Origin: a virus | UHGV virus genome: UHGV-0351052 | Strand: one strand, 5' to 3' | DNA: 64,000 bases | Shown: positions 1 through 9,750 of the stretch, piece by piece | Layout of the letters: the number at the start of each line of letters is the position of its first letter | Numbering within the stretch: position 1 is the stretch's first letter | Notes under the pieces: generated by a model | What the model was told of the DNA's origin: nothing | The model's input: the letters and a program-made list of their open reading frames with translations, nothing else | Database searches by the model: none | Program-made: the position numbers and the translations under genes

Positions 1-302
1 CTGCTCTTGTTCTTCAGCTGCCTGGTATGGATTTTCAACTTCATTAAAGAACCCAGCTTCGTTAGTAGAAAGCCAGATAAAGTTTTCGCCAAGGATATCA
101 CCATATGTTGAATATCCAACTGTGCCAGTAGATGTCACAATTTTAGTAGGACGCCCGTAATAGTCAACATCTAAAATTTTAAAAGGCTCCATACCTAAAC
201 GTCGTGCGTAGATTCCGTTATAAGTATGGTCTTTAATAAAAGCTTCTTGAGCTTGTTTATTTTTAAATTGATACCATTTATTAACTTCAAATTTAATAGC
301 CA
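1..302 (-). CDS. hypothetical protein, 5-prime part only (gene runs off window start)
   Basis: ATG at 300-302 on minus strand, reads [17 protein letters not shown]... to position 1 without stop; goF/39.x slot in T4-type order. Confidence 0.4.
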
Positions 303-518
303 TTAATAAATTTCCTTCCAGTAAGTTGTGCCATCTTCAGTAATTTCACGAAATACGCCATAAATTGGTTGTTTATCACCGACTTTCTCATACACATAAA
401 CCGAAGTCAAGTGAGTAAACTTGCTAGTATGTTCCTTTTGAACTACTACCAAATCTGGATCGAATAATACATCTTCAAATTCATCATTAGTGCAATTCTG
501 AACAATTTTACGTTTCAT
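303..518 (-). CDS. small hypothetical protein (71 aa; size and slot match T4 cef)
   Basis: ORF-track ORF, 71 aa; no motif; assignment by synteny and size only. Confidence 0.4.
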   Translation of the reverse strand: MKRKIVQNCTNDEFEDVLFDPDLVVVQKEHTSKFTHLTSVYVYEKVGDKQPIYGVFREITEDGTTYWKEIY

Positions 519-584
519 TACAATTTCCTCATTAATTAAACATTGGAGCGATGCGTTTCAGAAGAGTATCAGCACCTTTAGCGA

Positions 585-645
585 ATTTCCATTTTATTCT
601 CCAAGTTGTTTTCTGTATCAGTAGTTGATATTGATATAGTACCAT
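585..645. repeat. conserved promoter-leader cassette copy (degenerate -35)
   Basis: ccaagttgttttctgtatcagtagttgata...atagtaccat; upstream of ORF 303..518. Confidence 0.5.
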
Positions 646-690
646 AATCAACTACCGATGTATATAGTTTTATGAAAAAAATTTTAAACT

Positions 691-1182
691 TTATGCATAG
701 CGGGCTTTGCTATAGTGTTTAATCCAACTTTCAGGAATGACTTTGTATGTTCCTAAAAATACCGCGTTGTACAACTTAACGCCATCTTCTACCCACTGAT
801 CGGTAATGTATGCGCACATAGCACGAGTACGCCGAGGAAGTGGTTGTCCACCTTCGGTAAATTCGAATTCATAAGGAGCAATGAACTTAATAGCCTGACC
901 GAGTTTCCACTTAAAGTCTACACCTACATGTGAAGTATCAATCGTTTCAATTCCTTTAGCAGGAACAGCTTTCAAAAACGCAGATTCAAGAAATTTCGCA
1001 CGAACATAGCCAAACTGAGGTTTAGACTTTCCATCTTTAGGAATGATACGCACTTTTACTTCAGAATCTTCATCTTTAACGCCATGTTTAAGCTGAATGC
1101 TTACAATTTCAACCAATTTTCCTGCTGCTTTAGAACGGGATTTATCAGATACACGAGCAATTTCACCAATATTAATAATCAT
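691..1182 (-). CDS. hypothetical protein, 163 aa (MotB slot); paralogue of 1259..1804
   Basis: ORF 163 aa; shares C-terminal motif TDQWVEDGVKLYNAV with next ORF; early promoter at 1227-1256 upstream. Confidence 0.45.
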   Translation of the reverse strand: MIINIGEIARVSDKSRSKAAGKLVEIVSIQLKHGVKDEDSEVKVRIIPKDGKSKPQFGYVRAKFLESAFLKAVPAKGIETIDTSHVGVDFKWKLGQAIKFIAPYEFEFTEGGQPLPRRTRAMCAYITDQWVEDGVKLYNAVFLGTYKVIPESWIKHYSKARYA

Positions 1183-1226
1183 AGTTATCTCTCACTTGTT
1201 AAAAAGATTTTATACTCCACAGGACC

Positions 1227-1256
1227 ATTATACTCTGGTCCCAAGAGTTTGTAAAC
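1227..1256 (-). promoter_or_regulatory. T4-type early promoter (-35 GTTTAC, 18 nt spacer, -10 TATAAT)
   Basis: minus-strand GTTTAC at 1256-1251 and TATAAT at 1232-1227, upstream of ORF starting at 1182. Confidence 0.5.
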
Positions 1257-1258
1257 TA

Positions 1259-1804
1259 TTAATTCAAAATAGCTACCACTGCACTACGAGGTACTACGCT
1301 AAAATCACCTGCATGAACAACGTTCAGAAGTTCAACACCATCTTCAATCCATTGGTCTGTTACCCAACCACAGATAGGATTATCAAAAGGACGACGAATA
1401 GACACAGCAGCACACAACAGGTCTGTAGGGTCTTGTTCTTCAACTTCTTGGAACAGGATGAACTCATCTTCATAAACCAGGTTTTTCTTTATTTTGTTAT
1501 TATCTAACCGGCGACCGTGGATGACGTAAGATTTGTCAAACCACTCACTTTTGGCAAATTCTTCAACAATAAATTCGCCTTCGCCAAAAACATCAGTCAG
1601 AGTTTTATGACCAGAAATCAAGGCATTAGTTTTAATTTTAGGTTCAACCAGTTTGTAGGTTTTGCCGATTTCAATAGCGGTAGTCATAGTAGGTTCCTTA
1701 ATTTCCAGTGGTTTAACAGGGCATACATAAGTGCTTACAACATCAAAATCAATCAGCTTAGCTACCGGATTTGGTGTGTATTCAGGATTATAATTAAATT
1801 TCAT
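1259..1804 (-). CDS. hypothetical protein, 181 aa; paralogue of 691..1182
   Basis: ORF 181 aa; C-terminal GWVTDQWIEDGVELLNVV matches neighbour. Confidence 0.45.
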   Translation of the reverse strand: MKFNYNPEYTPNPVAKLIDFDVVSTYVCPVKPLEIKEPTMTTAIEIGKTYKLVEPKIKTNALISGHKTLTDVFGEGEFIVEEFAKSEWFDKSYVIHGRRLDNNKIKKNLVYEDEFILFQEVEEQDPTDLLCAAVSIRRPFDNPICGWVTDQWIEDGVELLNVVHAGDFSVVPRSAVVAILN

Positions 1805-1806
1805 AA

Positions 1807-2304
1807 TTATCTCATTTCAATAAAATCTACAAGTTCAGCATGCGATTTGCGGAACATTACTTGGTGCCCGCCAATGATAACTTCATCTTCAGGAACTTCG
1901 TATACAGCGAGATAAAATCCTTTAGAAGATAATTCTTCCCGCTCTTCTCGCGTGAACCATCTCATCATATCATATTCGCTAGCGAAAGCAAAATGATAAA
2001 GACCTATAAACCATCCTGGAATATGATATTCTACTCCAACATAATCTTTCTTGAACTTAGTATTAATTACTATATTAGCGTTTTTAACTAATAGTTTATC
2101 TTCGTGTGGTAAAGGAATTCTTTTATTATCGCTATGATGCATAAAATTAGGTCTGTTATAACCTACGTGTAATAGCCACTCTTCACTCCATGAATCTATT
2201 ATACTCCTGTACGGCGTTATTTGAATACAAAGATTTCGACGTATTGTTATAGCATCTTCATTATTAAGAATACTAAAAGATGATTCAACACGATAAATTT
2301 TCAT
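1807..2304 (-). CDS. hypothetical protein, 165 aa
   Basis: ORF 165 aa, 3 nt from next gene; no motif recognised. Confidence 0.4.
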   Translation of the reverse strand: MKIYRVESSFSILNNEDAITIRRNLCIQITPYRSIIDSWSEEWLLHVGYNRPNFMHHSDNKRIPLPHEDKLLVKNANIVINTKFKKDYVGVEYHIPGWFIGLYHFAFASEYDMMRWFTREEREELSSKGFYLAVYEVPEDEVIIGGHQVMFRKSHAELVDFIEMR

Positions 2305-2331
2305 TTTATTATCCTCAGTAGCTATGGTGTT

Positions 2332-2361
2332 ATAATACCATAACTAACCGAGGAAGTAAAC
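2332..2361 (-). promoter_or_regulatory. T4-type early promoter (GTTTAC ... TGGTATTAT)
   Basis: minus-strand GTTTAC 2361-2356, extended -10 TGG+TATTAT 2340-2332; upstream of ORF starting 2304. Confidence 0.45.
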
Positions 2362-2367
2362 AACTTT

Positions 2368-3051
2368 TTATCGTTTTGTTGGAAGAGACAGAGGATCGCA
2401 TTCTTCCTCTGATGGAGCATCTTCGAGACCCATAGCATATCGCAAAGCATACTTCATCATCAGGATGTCTTTCGCACAGTCATGAATAGAATCATGTGCA
2501 ACGAATCCATCTAAAGTTCCCTTTGGAAGAGGACACGTGGTCATATCACGAACAAGCAGAAGTGCTTCAATTCTGGTACGAATATCACGCTGATTCCAGA
2601 ATTTACATGGTTCTAACTTAAATGTATCAAGCTCATTTTCGGAAACGCCGTTAAGACGTTGAATATCACGAATAAGATCGACTAAAATTGGAAAATCAAA
2701 CGACATTCCACGGCACCAGCCTTGAGATTTCCAAGGATCGATATTATGTGCATTGATGTAATCATTAAATTTTGCAATACCGTCAATAGTACTTACATCT
2801 TCATCGGATGGTGCAATATTTTTTCGAGCTTCAGGTGATTGATTTTTCCACCATTCAATAGTGCTTTTAGTAAAAAGACGATGTCCTTTTTGGCTTTTTA
2901 AATCAAATTTGATTTTAATGCCACGTGAAACTAATTCATCAAATGTTTCAACTACTTCTGGATTAGGGTCAAAGGCAATAACAGCCAAATCAATAACAGC
3001 TGCCTTTTCACCGCTTCCCATTGTTTCAAAATCTATAATAAAATCAAACAT
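2368..3051 (-). CDS. dexA: exonuclease A (DexA-like, DEDD 3-prime-5-prime exonuclease)
   Basis: 227 aa; N-terminal IIDFETMG exonuclease motif; directly downstream of dda as in T4. Confidence 0.75.
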   Translation of the reverse strand: MFDFIIDFETMGSGEKAAVIDLAVIAFDPNPEVVETFDELVSRGIKIKFDLKSQKGHRLFTKSTIEWWKNQSPEARKNIAPSDEDVSTIDGIAKFNDYINAHNIDPWKSQGWCRGMSFDFPILVDLIRDIQRLNGVSENELDTFKLEPCKFWNQRDIRTRIEALLLVRDMTTCPLPKGTLDGFVAHDSIHDCAKDILMMKYALRYAMGLEDAPSEEECDPLSLPTKR

Positions 3052-3326
3052 TAAATTTTCCTTGCTAAATCGCGAATTTGACCTACAGTATAGTCTTGAA
3101 TATAAACTTTATTAATGGGCTCATCAATAAATTTTGCCACAGATTCAATGTCTTTTTGTATCTCTTCAAGACTGTATACTATCTTTGAAGCTTTTTCGCG
3201 AATAGTAATATTTTCAGGACCCGGATTTTCTTCAATGACATCTTTAACACTTGTCATAAGAGATTTAAACTGCCACCAACTTAATTCAATCATTAATAAC
3301 CGCCTTATAAAGATAGCTAATTTCAC
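3051..3326 (-). CDS. hypothetical protein, 91 aa
   Basis: ORF-track ORF; no motif. Confidence 0.4.
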   Translation of the reverse strand: MKLAIFIRRLLMIELSWWQFKSLMTSVKDVIEENPGPENITIREKASKIVYSLEEIQKDIESVAKFIDEPINKVYIQDYTVGQIRDLARKI

Positions 3327-3546
3327 CTAAAATGTAATCACTGATTGTAACAGTTTTTACTTCACCACAAAAGAATTCTAACGCAATTAAATCTCGTTCA
3401 ATTTCTTCCAATTGAAGCATTAACTTGCCTGATTCAGTTTTCACATTTTTGCGATTTTTGCTATAAGCAATTTCATAAATTTCGCTTACTTTATCTTGAA
3501 GAAGATAAAACTGATCTTTAGTTATTTCCACGAATAGCTTCCTCAA
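3286..3546 (-). CDS. hypothetical protein, 86 aa
   Basis: ORF-track ORF overlapping previous by 41 nt; no motif. Confidence 0.4.
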   Translation of the reverse strand: MRKLFVEITKDQFYLLQDKVSEIYEIAYSKNRKNVKTESGKLMLQLEEIERDLIALEFFCGEVKTVTISDYILGEISYLYKAVIND

Positions 3547-3552
3547 ATTTAA

Positions 3553-4872
3553 TCATACATAAAACACATCATAACGACCACGCGTTACACCAACATAAAG
3601 AAGTTGTTGAGCCAATTCAGCATCTGCATAATGAATACAAGGCGTATAAATGAAAGCACGGTCTACAGACATGCCCTGAGCTTTATGGAATGTTGATGCA
3701 GGAAGTGCTTTCACTTTACTAAACTGTGATTTAGCATCCCAAAAATCACTCCACGGGGCTTTTCCGCCTTTATTCCAATTTTTATAAGTTTCTGCCGTTT
3801 TACCTAAAAATAGGTTAAACTTATACAATTCTTCATCAGATGAAATTATTTTAATCTTTTCACGATAATATTCATCATCGCCGTAAGTTTCTACTGTTAA
3901 ATCCCAATGACGAATTAAGTATTCTCCAGGAACACCACGGGCTTTAACAAAGGTTGATGTATACTCTGCTTCTATAATACGAACTAATTGTCCGTTATTA
4001 AAAATAATTTCTGACACAGGCTTTCCATCAATTTTATATGTTTTAATTAATGGTTCCTGCATTACAATAATTTCACCAACAATAAAATCTTTATCAGTTT
4101 CAAAAATCTTTTTACGAATAATGCTATTTAACTTGTCAACAGATTTATTCGTAAATGCCATTACGCGATTTTCAAACAAATCATCTAGTGATTTGACGAT
4201 TGAAAAATAATTTACCATAAAATCGCGTAAAGCAGTATCACCAGTAAATCCACGTACTCCATGCCCGTCAACAATTTTATCATAAATCCACTTACCGTTA
4301 CGAACGTCAGTAGCTACATCAATAATAGGAGCATTACTGCGTTTAACTTCAGTGAGTTCACACTGATAAAAATCTTTGTGTGTAAAGAATGGACTGATAT
4401 AAGCAGTATTTTCTCCTGGGTCAACAGGTCTAATTTGCTTATTATCCCCTATTCCAATTATAGTACACCACGGCGGGATAGTTGAAAGCAGAATTTTGAA
4501 TAGCTTTCTATCATACATTGACACTTCATCGCAGATTAATACCCTGCATTTAGCTAAATCTGGTACTTCCTTCTGTTCAAAAAGAACATTTTCTTCATAT
4601 GTTACTGGGTTAATTTTAAGAATACTATGAATAGTACTTGCTTCTTTCCCTGATAGTTTTGAAAGAATCTTTTTAGCTGCATGAGTAGGAGCTGCTAAAA
4701 TAATACCAGTTTCACCCGTAGATATTAAAGCTTCAATGATGAACTTGGTAAGAGTAGTCTTACCGGTACCAGCAGGTCCATTAATAGTTACATGATGTTT
4801 CTTTTCTTTGATAGCCCTCATAACGATGTTAAAGGCATTTTTCTGGCCTTCTGTCAAATCATCAAATGTCAT
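3553..4872 (-). CDS. dda: Dda SF1B DNA helicase
   Basis: 439 aa; Walker A GPAGTGKTT, Walker B LICDEVSM; near-identical to T4 Dda as recalled. Confidence 0.9.
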   Translation of the reverse strand: MTFDDLTEGQKNAFNIVMRAIKEKKHHVTINGPAGTGKTTLTKFIIEALISTGETGIILAAPTHAAKKILSKLSGKEASTIHSILKINPVTYEENVLFEQKEVPDLAKCRVLICDEVSMYDRKLFKILLSTIPPWCTIIGIGDNKQIRPVDPGENTAYISPFFTHKDFYQCELTEVKRSNAPIIDVATDVRNGKWIYDKIVDGHGVRGFTGDTALRDFMVNYFSIVKSLDDLFENRVMAFTNKSVDKLNSIIRKKIFETDKDFIVGEIIVMQEPLIKTYKIDGKPVSEIIFNNGQLVRIIEAEYTSTFVKARGVPGEYLIRHWDLTVETYGDDEYYREKIKIISSDEELYKFNLFLGKTAETYKNWNKGGKAPWSDFWDAKSQFSKVKALPASTFHKAQGMSVDRAFIYTPCIHYADAELAQQLLYVGVTRGRYDVFYV

Positions 4873-5180
4873 CGTAAATTCCCTGCAATTGGTATACTAA
4901 CAATACGCCCAGTATCTAAAATTCGCTGATATAATCTTTGTGTGTCTACATCAGGCTTAACATGTTTAACTTCTATTTTATTAAACCAAAATTTACGTGG
5001 AGTCTCAACTAATCTTGGAATTCCCTTACCTAAAGCTAGTCGATACTGCTCTTTGAGAGTAGTAAAAACTCTATCAGCAATCTCTCTTTCAAAAAACACA
5101 GCAGGACGATGTTCATCAAGCGGAACTGGCGCCGTAAATCCGTCTTTGTCTCGGTAAACTATCGCATATACATAAACCAT
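4869..5180 (-). CDS. hypothetical protein, 103 aa (dda.1 slot)
   Basis: ORF-track ORF; ATGA overlap with dda. Confidence 0.4.
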   Translation of the reverse strand: MVYVYAIVYRDKDGFTAPVPLDEHRPAVFFEREIADRVFTTLKEQYRLALGKGIPRLVETPRKFWFNKIEVKHVKPDVDTQRLYQRILDTGRIVSIPIAGNLR

Positions 5181-5181
5181 A

Positions 5182-5928
5182 TTATCCTCGGATAAGTTTA
5201 AAAATTGAACAATTTAGCGGATATCCTCTTTTCAGTTTAAGTTTATCAATAAAAGACAAGTTTTGATACCGCTCTACACCTTGAATAATTTTATCACACA
5301 TATCATATTGCATTTCTGCTTCTGACAACTTTTTCACAGTTTTCCAATCCGAGCCTTTAAGAAGAACGTTCAATTTAACAACTTCAGCGCCTTCTGCTAT
5401 ACGAGAACCATCAATACGAGCTTTGAGTGCTACAATCGTTAGCTTAATATCAGAGGTTTGTTTTGATTTAGAAAGCTGAGAAATGTGTTCAATTCGGTTT
5501 TCACGTTTTTTCTGTATAGCTTTAATTTGATTATAAGTCTTTTTGATTTTAGCCCATTTCTTTTCATCTAAATTTAGTTTATGAACTTTTTTCGCAGATG
5601 AACGACCAATTCGCAAAGCAAACAAATCACGCTTTTCAATCAACTCTTCTAAAGTATAATCAGAACGAAATGTATTATACTTTTTCTTTACTGCAATAAC
5701 ATTCCCTTTAATGTATCCAACGTTATTATCAAAACGTTCTAATGATAATTTCTCTCCTTCAATACGATTATCAAAAGGTTCTCCCGAGTAAGCGCAAACT
5801 TTCTGATCTAAAATGTTCTTAATGTAATTGAAGTCTAAGTTAAAATCTTTAGAACGTCTTTTAGCAGATGCCTGAGTGTGCTCTAGACGACGTGTAATTT
5901 TACGAATTTGATTTTTAGACAGCTTCAT
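5182..5928 (-). CDS. basic 248-aa protein in the srd slot
   Basis: Lys/Arg-rich; segment CAYSGEPFDN...SLERFDNNVGYIKGNV vaguely HNH-like; assignment by position only. Confidence 0.4.
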   Translation of the reverse strand: MKLSKNQIRKITRRLEHTQASAKRRSKDFNLDFNYIKNILDQKVCAYSGEPFDNRIEGEKLSLERFDNNVGYIKGNVIAVKKKYNTFRSDYTLEELIEKRDLFALRIGRSSAKKVHKLNLDEKKWAKIKKTYNQIKAIQKKRENRIEHISQLSKSKQTSDIKLTIVALKARIDGSRIAEGAEVVKLNVLLKGSDWKTVKKLSEAEMQYDMCDKIIQGVERYQNLSFIDKLKLKRGYPLNCSIFKLIRG

Positions 5929-5966
5929 ATTTTTCTCACATCTTACGGACGATTTAATACTTTATT

Positions 5967-5996
5967 ACTATAACATTTTTACCTTAACTTGTAAAC
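5967..5996 (-). promoter_or_regulatory. T4-type early promoter (GTTTAC ... TGTTATAGT)
   Basis: minus-strand GTTTAC 5996-5991, -10-like TATAGT 5972-5967; upstream of ORF starting 5928. Confidence 0.4.
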
Positions 5997-6053
5997 AACT
6001 TTATGTAAAAATGCTTTAAAAATTTCATGGTATAATGAATCTAAGTCCTTCCA

Positions 6054-6656
6054 TTATAGATTAAATCCTTCAAAATCAAGAGTATAGATAGTGTATGTTG
6101 AATACTTTTTGTACTCATATCTATCTGCAATTCTAAATACGCTTCCAGCCGGTATCATTACTTCTTGTTCATCTGAAACTAATTCCATATTACGATAACG
6201 ATGGCTATCTGGAAACTTAAAGTTTGGATTGTATTCTTTACAGCGTAGAGCTTTTATAGCATACTCCTGGAAATTGAATACCATAGGAGCTTTGAATTCA
6301 AAAATAACTTGTGTGTTATACTCTAACCCAGAAGCAAAATGTAGAGCTATATTTTTATCATATGAAGCTGATACGACTTTATCAAATGTAATAATATCAA
6401 TTCCTTGATTTAATACTTGCTTAGTCTCAGCTGGAACACCTCTCCAAAGAGGTTTATCGTTTGGAACCAAACGAGATTTGATTATTTCATTTAACCAAGT
6501 ATGGTCATCTGGTTTGTTGGTAATACAATGAATTAAAAGTTCAATTTCAGATAAATTAAACCCTTCAGAAAGTAATTCTTCACGAATAGAAGCACGCACC
6601 GATGCATCCACTGATTTTATTTTAAAATCTTTTAGTTGCATTACTGAGTATTTCAT
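6054..6656 (-). CDS. modA: Mod-type ADP-ribosyltransferase (ModA-like, 200 aa)
   Basis: R-S-E ART signature (LWRGV, SAS, EQEVMIP); size and slot. Confidence 0.65.
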   Translation of the reverse strand: MKYSVMQLKDFKIKSVDASVRASIREELLSEGFNLSEIELLIHCITNKPDDHTWLNEIIKSRLVPNDKPLWRGVPAETKQVLNQGIDIITFDKVVSASYDKNIALHFASGLEYNTQVIFEFKAPMVFNFQEYAIKALRCKEYNPNFKFPDSHRYRNMELVSDEQEVMIPAGSVFRIADRYEYKKYSTYTIYTLDFEGFNL

Positions 6657-7288
6657 TCAACTACCTCAATATCATACACTTTAAATGTTCCAAATGAATC
6701 GTGTAATTTTTCTTTTGAAATAGAAGTTATTCTATACTTTCCAATTGGAATCATCCATTCTTGTTCACGCACAATCATCATTAAGTTATCAGTACGTTCT
6801 GAATCTAATCCATCAGTATCTTCATATGTATACTTAAACTCAGTATTAGGAGAAGAAAGTATAATATCGCTGATATGGTCAGAATAATTAAAAGCTTTAT
6901 CAGTTTTTAAGCGAAATATTATTTCAGTGAAATACTCAACATAAGAAAAACCACATGCTGTGAGTAAACTAGTAGTAAATGAATCTACCCTGTTCGTTGA
7001 AAACACTTCTCCAACTTGTAAATCTTTAATGAGTTCTTTTGCCGATTTTGATATACCACGATATAGCTGATAAGGCGATTTAGTTAAATGCTTTTTAACG
7101 ATTTTATTCAACTGCCTATGAAGAGCTTCATTCTTTTTGGCTTCCATACATTGCCAAAGAATTGACTGTTCAAAGTCAGTAAATTTTTCACAGACCTTTT
7201 TATACATATCATATTGAAAATCGACACTTTCAGCTTTTATAGATAACTGTTCAACATCTGCAAGATTAATAATCATGATAGCCTCCAT
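6653..7288 (-). CDS. modB: Mod-type ADP-ribosyltransferase (ModB-like, 211 aa)
   Basis: YRGI, STN/STT and EQEWMIP motifs; tandem with modA. Confidence 0.65.
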   Translation of the reverse strand: MEAIMIINLADVEQLSIKAESVDFQYDMYKKVCEKFTDFEQSILWQCMEAKKNEALHRQLNKIVKKHLTKSPYQLYRGISKSAKELIKDLQVGEVFSTNRVDSFTTSLLTACGFSYVEYFTEIIFRLKTDKAFNYSDHISDIILSSPNTEFKYTYEDTDGLDSERTDNLMMIVREQEWMIPIGKYRITSISKEKLHDSFGTFKVYDIEVVE

Positions 7289-7302
7289 ATACTTCAGAAG
7301 CT

Positions 7303-7332
7303 ATCATATCATCGTTAGAAAGGAAAGTAAAC
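7303..7332 (-). promoter_or_regulatory. T4-type early promoter
   Basis: minus-strand GTTTAC 7332-7327, -10-like TATGAT 7308-7303 with TGA upstream. Confidence 0.4.
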
Positions 7333-7343
7333 AACTTTTTGAA

Positions 7344-7526
7344 TTATTTTGCCCAGGGAGCCCAGGGCGGAGGGTCAAGATGGTATGAAGCTAGTTCTTC
7401 TAGAAGAGCATCTGGGGCTTCAATTCCATAATTCTGTAATACTATACGGTACTCTTTCTTATAATCACTAGAATCATTCTGGATATTCGTAGAATGATTA
7501 TCTTCTAACATCTCAAATAAATCCAT
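7344..7526 (-). CDS. hypothetical protein, 60 aa
   Basis: ORF-track ORF; acidic; no motif. Confidence 0.35.
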   Translation of the reverse strand: MDLFEMLEDNHSTNIQNDSSDYKKEYRIVLQNYGIEAPDALLEELASYHLDPPPWAPWAK

Positions 7527-7534
7527 ATTAATTC

Positions 7535-8005
7535 CTAGCGATAAAAACCAAAATAACGATTAGCTTCAATAATCTTTCTTTCTTCTTCGGACATTCTCCA
7601 GCGTAGTCCAACATCAAAATGAGCCCAGACCATCTTAACAAATGCATTTATATCTTTAATATCTTCAATAATGAATGTTTTACTTTTCGAAGGTTGACTC
7701 GCTAATTTAACTTTATCATCTTCAAACAGGTCAAAAAGACCATATTCATGAGCTCTTTTATAGCCTTTAATAGTTAAAGCTTCGGAAGAAGAAAACGGTG
7801 AATCAGTATTTTGTAAAATATCTTCAGTATGCTTTATAATTAGAATAATATTTTCTGGATATTTTCTTTCTTTTATATCTTTAATTAAAAAATCCGGATT
7901 TTCTGCTAAAGGAATAATCAATGAGCAATTTTTATCAAGCGTATTTACTGATTTACCTTCTTTAGACATAAATTCTATCGAATAATGTTTTGCTACTTCA
8001 ATCAT
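7535..8005 (-). CDS. hypothetical protein, 156 aa
   Basis: ORF-track ORF; no motif. Confidence 0.4.
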
Positions 8006-8158
8006 GTGATTTCCTTTTGCCTACTAATGGACCGTCGGGAATTTTGTTTTCCTGGATATATTTCTCATTTTCTTCCATCATTTTACTACCAATTTTAAGA
8101 AGCAAATCCATTGCTTCATTTGCTTTAGCCTTAGCCTCTTCTAACGTCATATCTTTGT

Positions 8159-8362
8159 TCATGATTTATCCCCATAGATGTCTCTCATCAATTTAAGCGC
8201 TGAGCGTTCTAATTTCTTTTCTTTCTCAGCACTAATCATTGATTTCATCCACTCTTCCGATTCGTTCTGCATTTCTTTATTTGCCTGTTCAACCCAACCA
8301 TCATCAATATACATTGAGTTTGGTCTATTGAACCATTCAAGCATCTTCTTCAGAACTTTCAT
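8159..8362 (-). CDS. hypothetical protein, 67 aa
   Basis: ORF-track ORF; helical, charged. Confidence 0.35.
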
Positions 8363-8834
8363 TTGTTTTACCTAAAACAATAGTAGGAGCATCGTCAAAT
8401 TCATGAATTTTTAGCAATTTTGGATTTAAATTATTCCATACATAATAAATGAAGTATGATAAAGCATCTTCACTCGCAATTATAAATTTATTTCCTTTAT
8501 CTATTTTCCAGTCATATACTGAATCGTACGAATAAAAAGATAAAGGGTTATCATTATATTGTTCTGCGCTAACATTGATGTATTCGGATTTAGTAAATGC
8601 TTCAATTGCTCTAAACGGACTATTTGGCACAGTTTCAATAATTCCGATCTTTTTAAGTTTTATTTCAGCATCTTCTGGAACTGGCATTGAAACGAAATTT
8701 TCTACGAGATACATAGGGTTACGATAACCCTTATCAATCATTACGGCTACAGTAATTGGAACATCTTTAGCAAACGACATGCTATTACTGCTAATATACA
8801 TTTCAAACAAAATCGCTTCCATAATTTTCCTCAA
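8337..8834 (-). CDS. hypothetical protein, 165 aa
   Basis: ORF-track ORF; no motif. Confidence 0.4.
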   Translation of the reverse strand: MRKIMEAILFEMYISSNSMSFAKDVPITVAVMIDKGYRNPMYLVENFVSMPVPEDAEIKLKKIGIIETVPNSPFRAIEAFTKSEYINVSAEQYNDNPLSFYSYDSVYDWKIDKGNKFIIASEDALSYFIYYVWNNLNPKLLKIHEFDDAPTIVLGKTNESSEEDA

Positions 8835-9175
8835 TCACAAGATGTAGATGAACAACTAGAATCACAAGAACTTCCACATGAATCGCCCGTCCATACATGA
8901 ACAGGAACATTAGTATCATATGAATCAGAACTAGACTGTGTATTCTGTGTGTTAGGTGATGTAGTAGGTGTTGACCAGCGCCAAGGATTTTTATAATATT
9001 CTTGGGCTTCTTCATAAGTCATAGTAACTGCTTCTACTGTTCCATCTCCCATATAAACATACTCAACTACAGTTAAAGGAAGATAGTCATTTGAAATAGG
9101 AACTACACCTTCCCCAGGAGTTGTAGAGAAAAAATCCGTAAAGAAACTTTTAAACCAATTAAAGATAAACATCAC
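8831..9175 (-). CDS. hypothetical protein, 114 aa, hydrophobic N-terminus and Cys/Ser-rich C-terminal tail
   Basis: C-terminus [18 protein letters not shown]; ATGA overlap with neighbour. Confidence 0.4.
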   Translation of the reverse strand: MMFIFNWFKSFFTDFFSTTPGEGVVPISNDYLPLTVVEYVYMGDGTVEAVTMTYEEAQEYYKNPWRWSTPTTSPNTQNTQSSSDSYDTNVPVHVWTGDSCGSSCDSSCSSTSCD

Positions 9176-9384
9176 AAAAATCCTCTTTGAAATTCGACTC
9201 TTTGAAATCCACCCCAGTCAGTATATCGCATTTCAGCATTGAACTCGACTGAACCATCTGCATGCATCATGAATGAATGCGTGACGACATCACAATCCCA
9301 GCTTTTCATACCCCATTTATCAGCGATAGCTTTATCAAGAACCTTCTGGAGGTCTTCATTTGGTTTAATCCAACGATTTAACAT
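9172..9384 (-). CDS. hypothetical protein, 70 aa
   Basis: ORF-track ORF; early promoter 9411-9440 upstream. Confidence 0.4.
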   Translation of the reverse strand: MLNRWIKPNEDLQKVLDKAIADKWGMKSWDCDVVTHSFMMHADGSVEFNAEMRYTDWGGFQRVEFQRGFL

Positions 9385-9410
9385 AGCGCTCTCCTCTATA
9401 AGATAATTTT

Positions 9411-9440
9411 ATTATACCATACTCATTTTGGAAAGTAAAC
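9411..9440 (-). promoter_or_regulatory. T4-type early promoter (GTTTAC ... TGGTATAAT)
   Basis: minus-strand GTTTAC 9440-9435, TGG+TATAAT 9419-9411. Confidence 0.5.
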
Positions 9441-9449
9441 CGTTTAAAT

Positions 9450-9476
9450 GAAAAAAGGACTCCCGAAGGAGTCCTT
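9450..9476 (-). terminator. intrinsic terminator after soc
   Basis: minus-strand RNA GGACUCC-UUCG-GGAGUCC followed by UUUUUU; 7 nt past soc stop. Confidence 0.6.
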
Positions 9477-9482
9477 GAATTA

Positions 9483-9719
9483 TTAACCACCTATTTCTGT
9501 AGGCGTAAACATTGCAGCATTCTTAGTTTTCCAGTCAGCTGCATCAGAAACTACAGTAGAATATGCCGCCTTTTCAGAAGGAAAGGTCTGATAATGAGAA
9601 TCTGCAATACGATGCTCGTTAGAATAGATTTCAAACGGAACAGAAACTTCCATACCTTTAACTTCTTTGCCTTCACCCGCTGGATGAGTAAAGGTCTTGA
9701 TGTTAACGAAACCACCCAT
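9483..9719 (-). CDS. soc: small outer capsid protein Soc
   Basis: 78 aa; VNIKTF...HYQTFPSEKAAYSTV matches T4 Soc as recalled; late promoter upstream. Confidence 0.8.
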   Translation of the reverse strand: MGGFVNIKTFTHPAGEGKEVKGMEVSVPFEIYSNEHRIADSHYQTFPSEKAAYSTVVSDAADWKTKNAAMFTPTEIGG

Positions 9720-9750
9720 AATAAACTCCTTTATTGTTTAATTACAGGTG

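Noticed and set aside
1097-1507. Plus-strand ORF-track ORFs that lie entirely inside minus-strand genes (for example 1097..1507, 1517..1915, 25260..25676, 27673..28056, 55392..55775)
   Set aside because: They are antisense shadows of well-supported minus-strand genes with no ribosome-binding site or promoter; the only plus-strand ORF kept is 11596..11796, which sits in a true intergenic gap.
5182-5928. Calling the 248-aa basic protein an HNH homing endonuclease
   Set aside because: Only a loose ...SLERFDNNVGY... resemblance without the conserved His/Asn metal-binding pattern; left as a hypothetical srd-slot protein.
6028-6037. Plus-strand TGGTATAAT extended -10 box
   Set aside because: No matching -35 and no plus-strand ORF downstream; probably a chance AT-rich match within the minus-strand promoter upstream region.
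8803-9015. His-rich 70-aa minus-strand ORF overlapping 8831..9175 in another frame
   Set aside because: Low-complexity frame artefact of the Ser/Cys-rich gene; no independent start signal.
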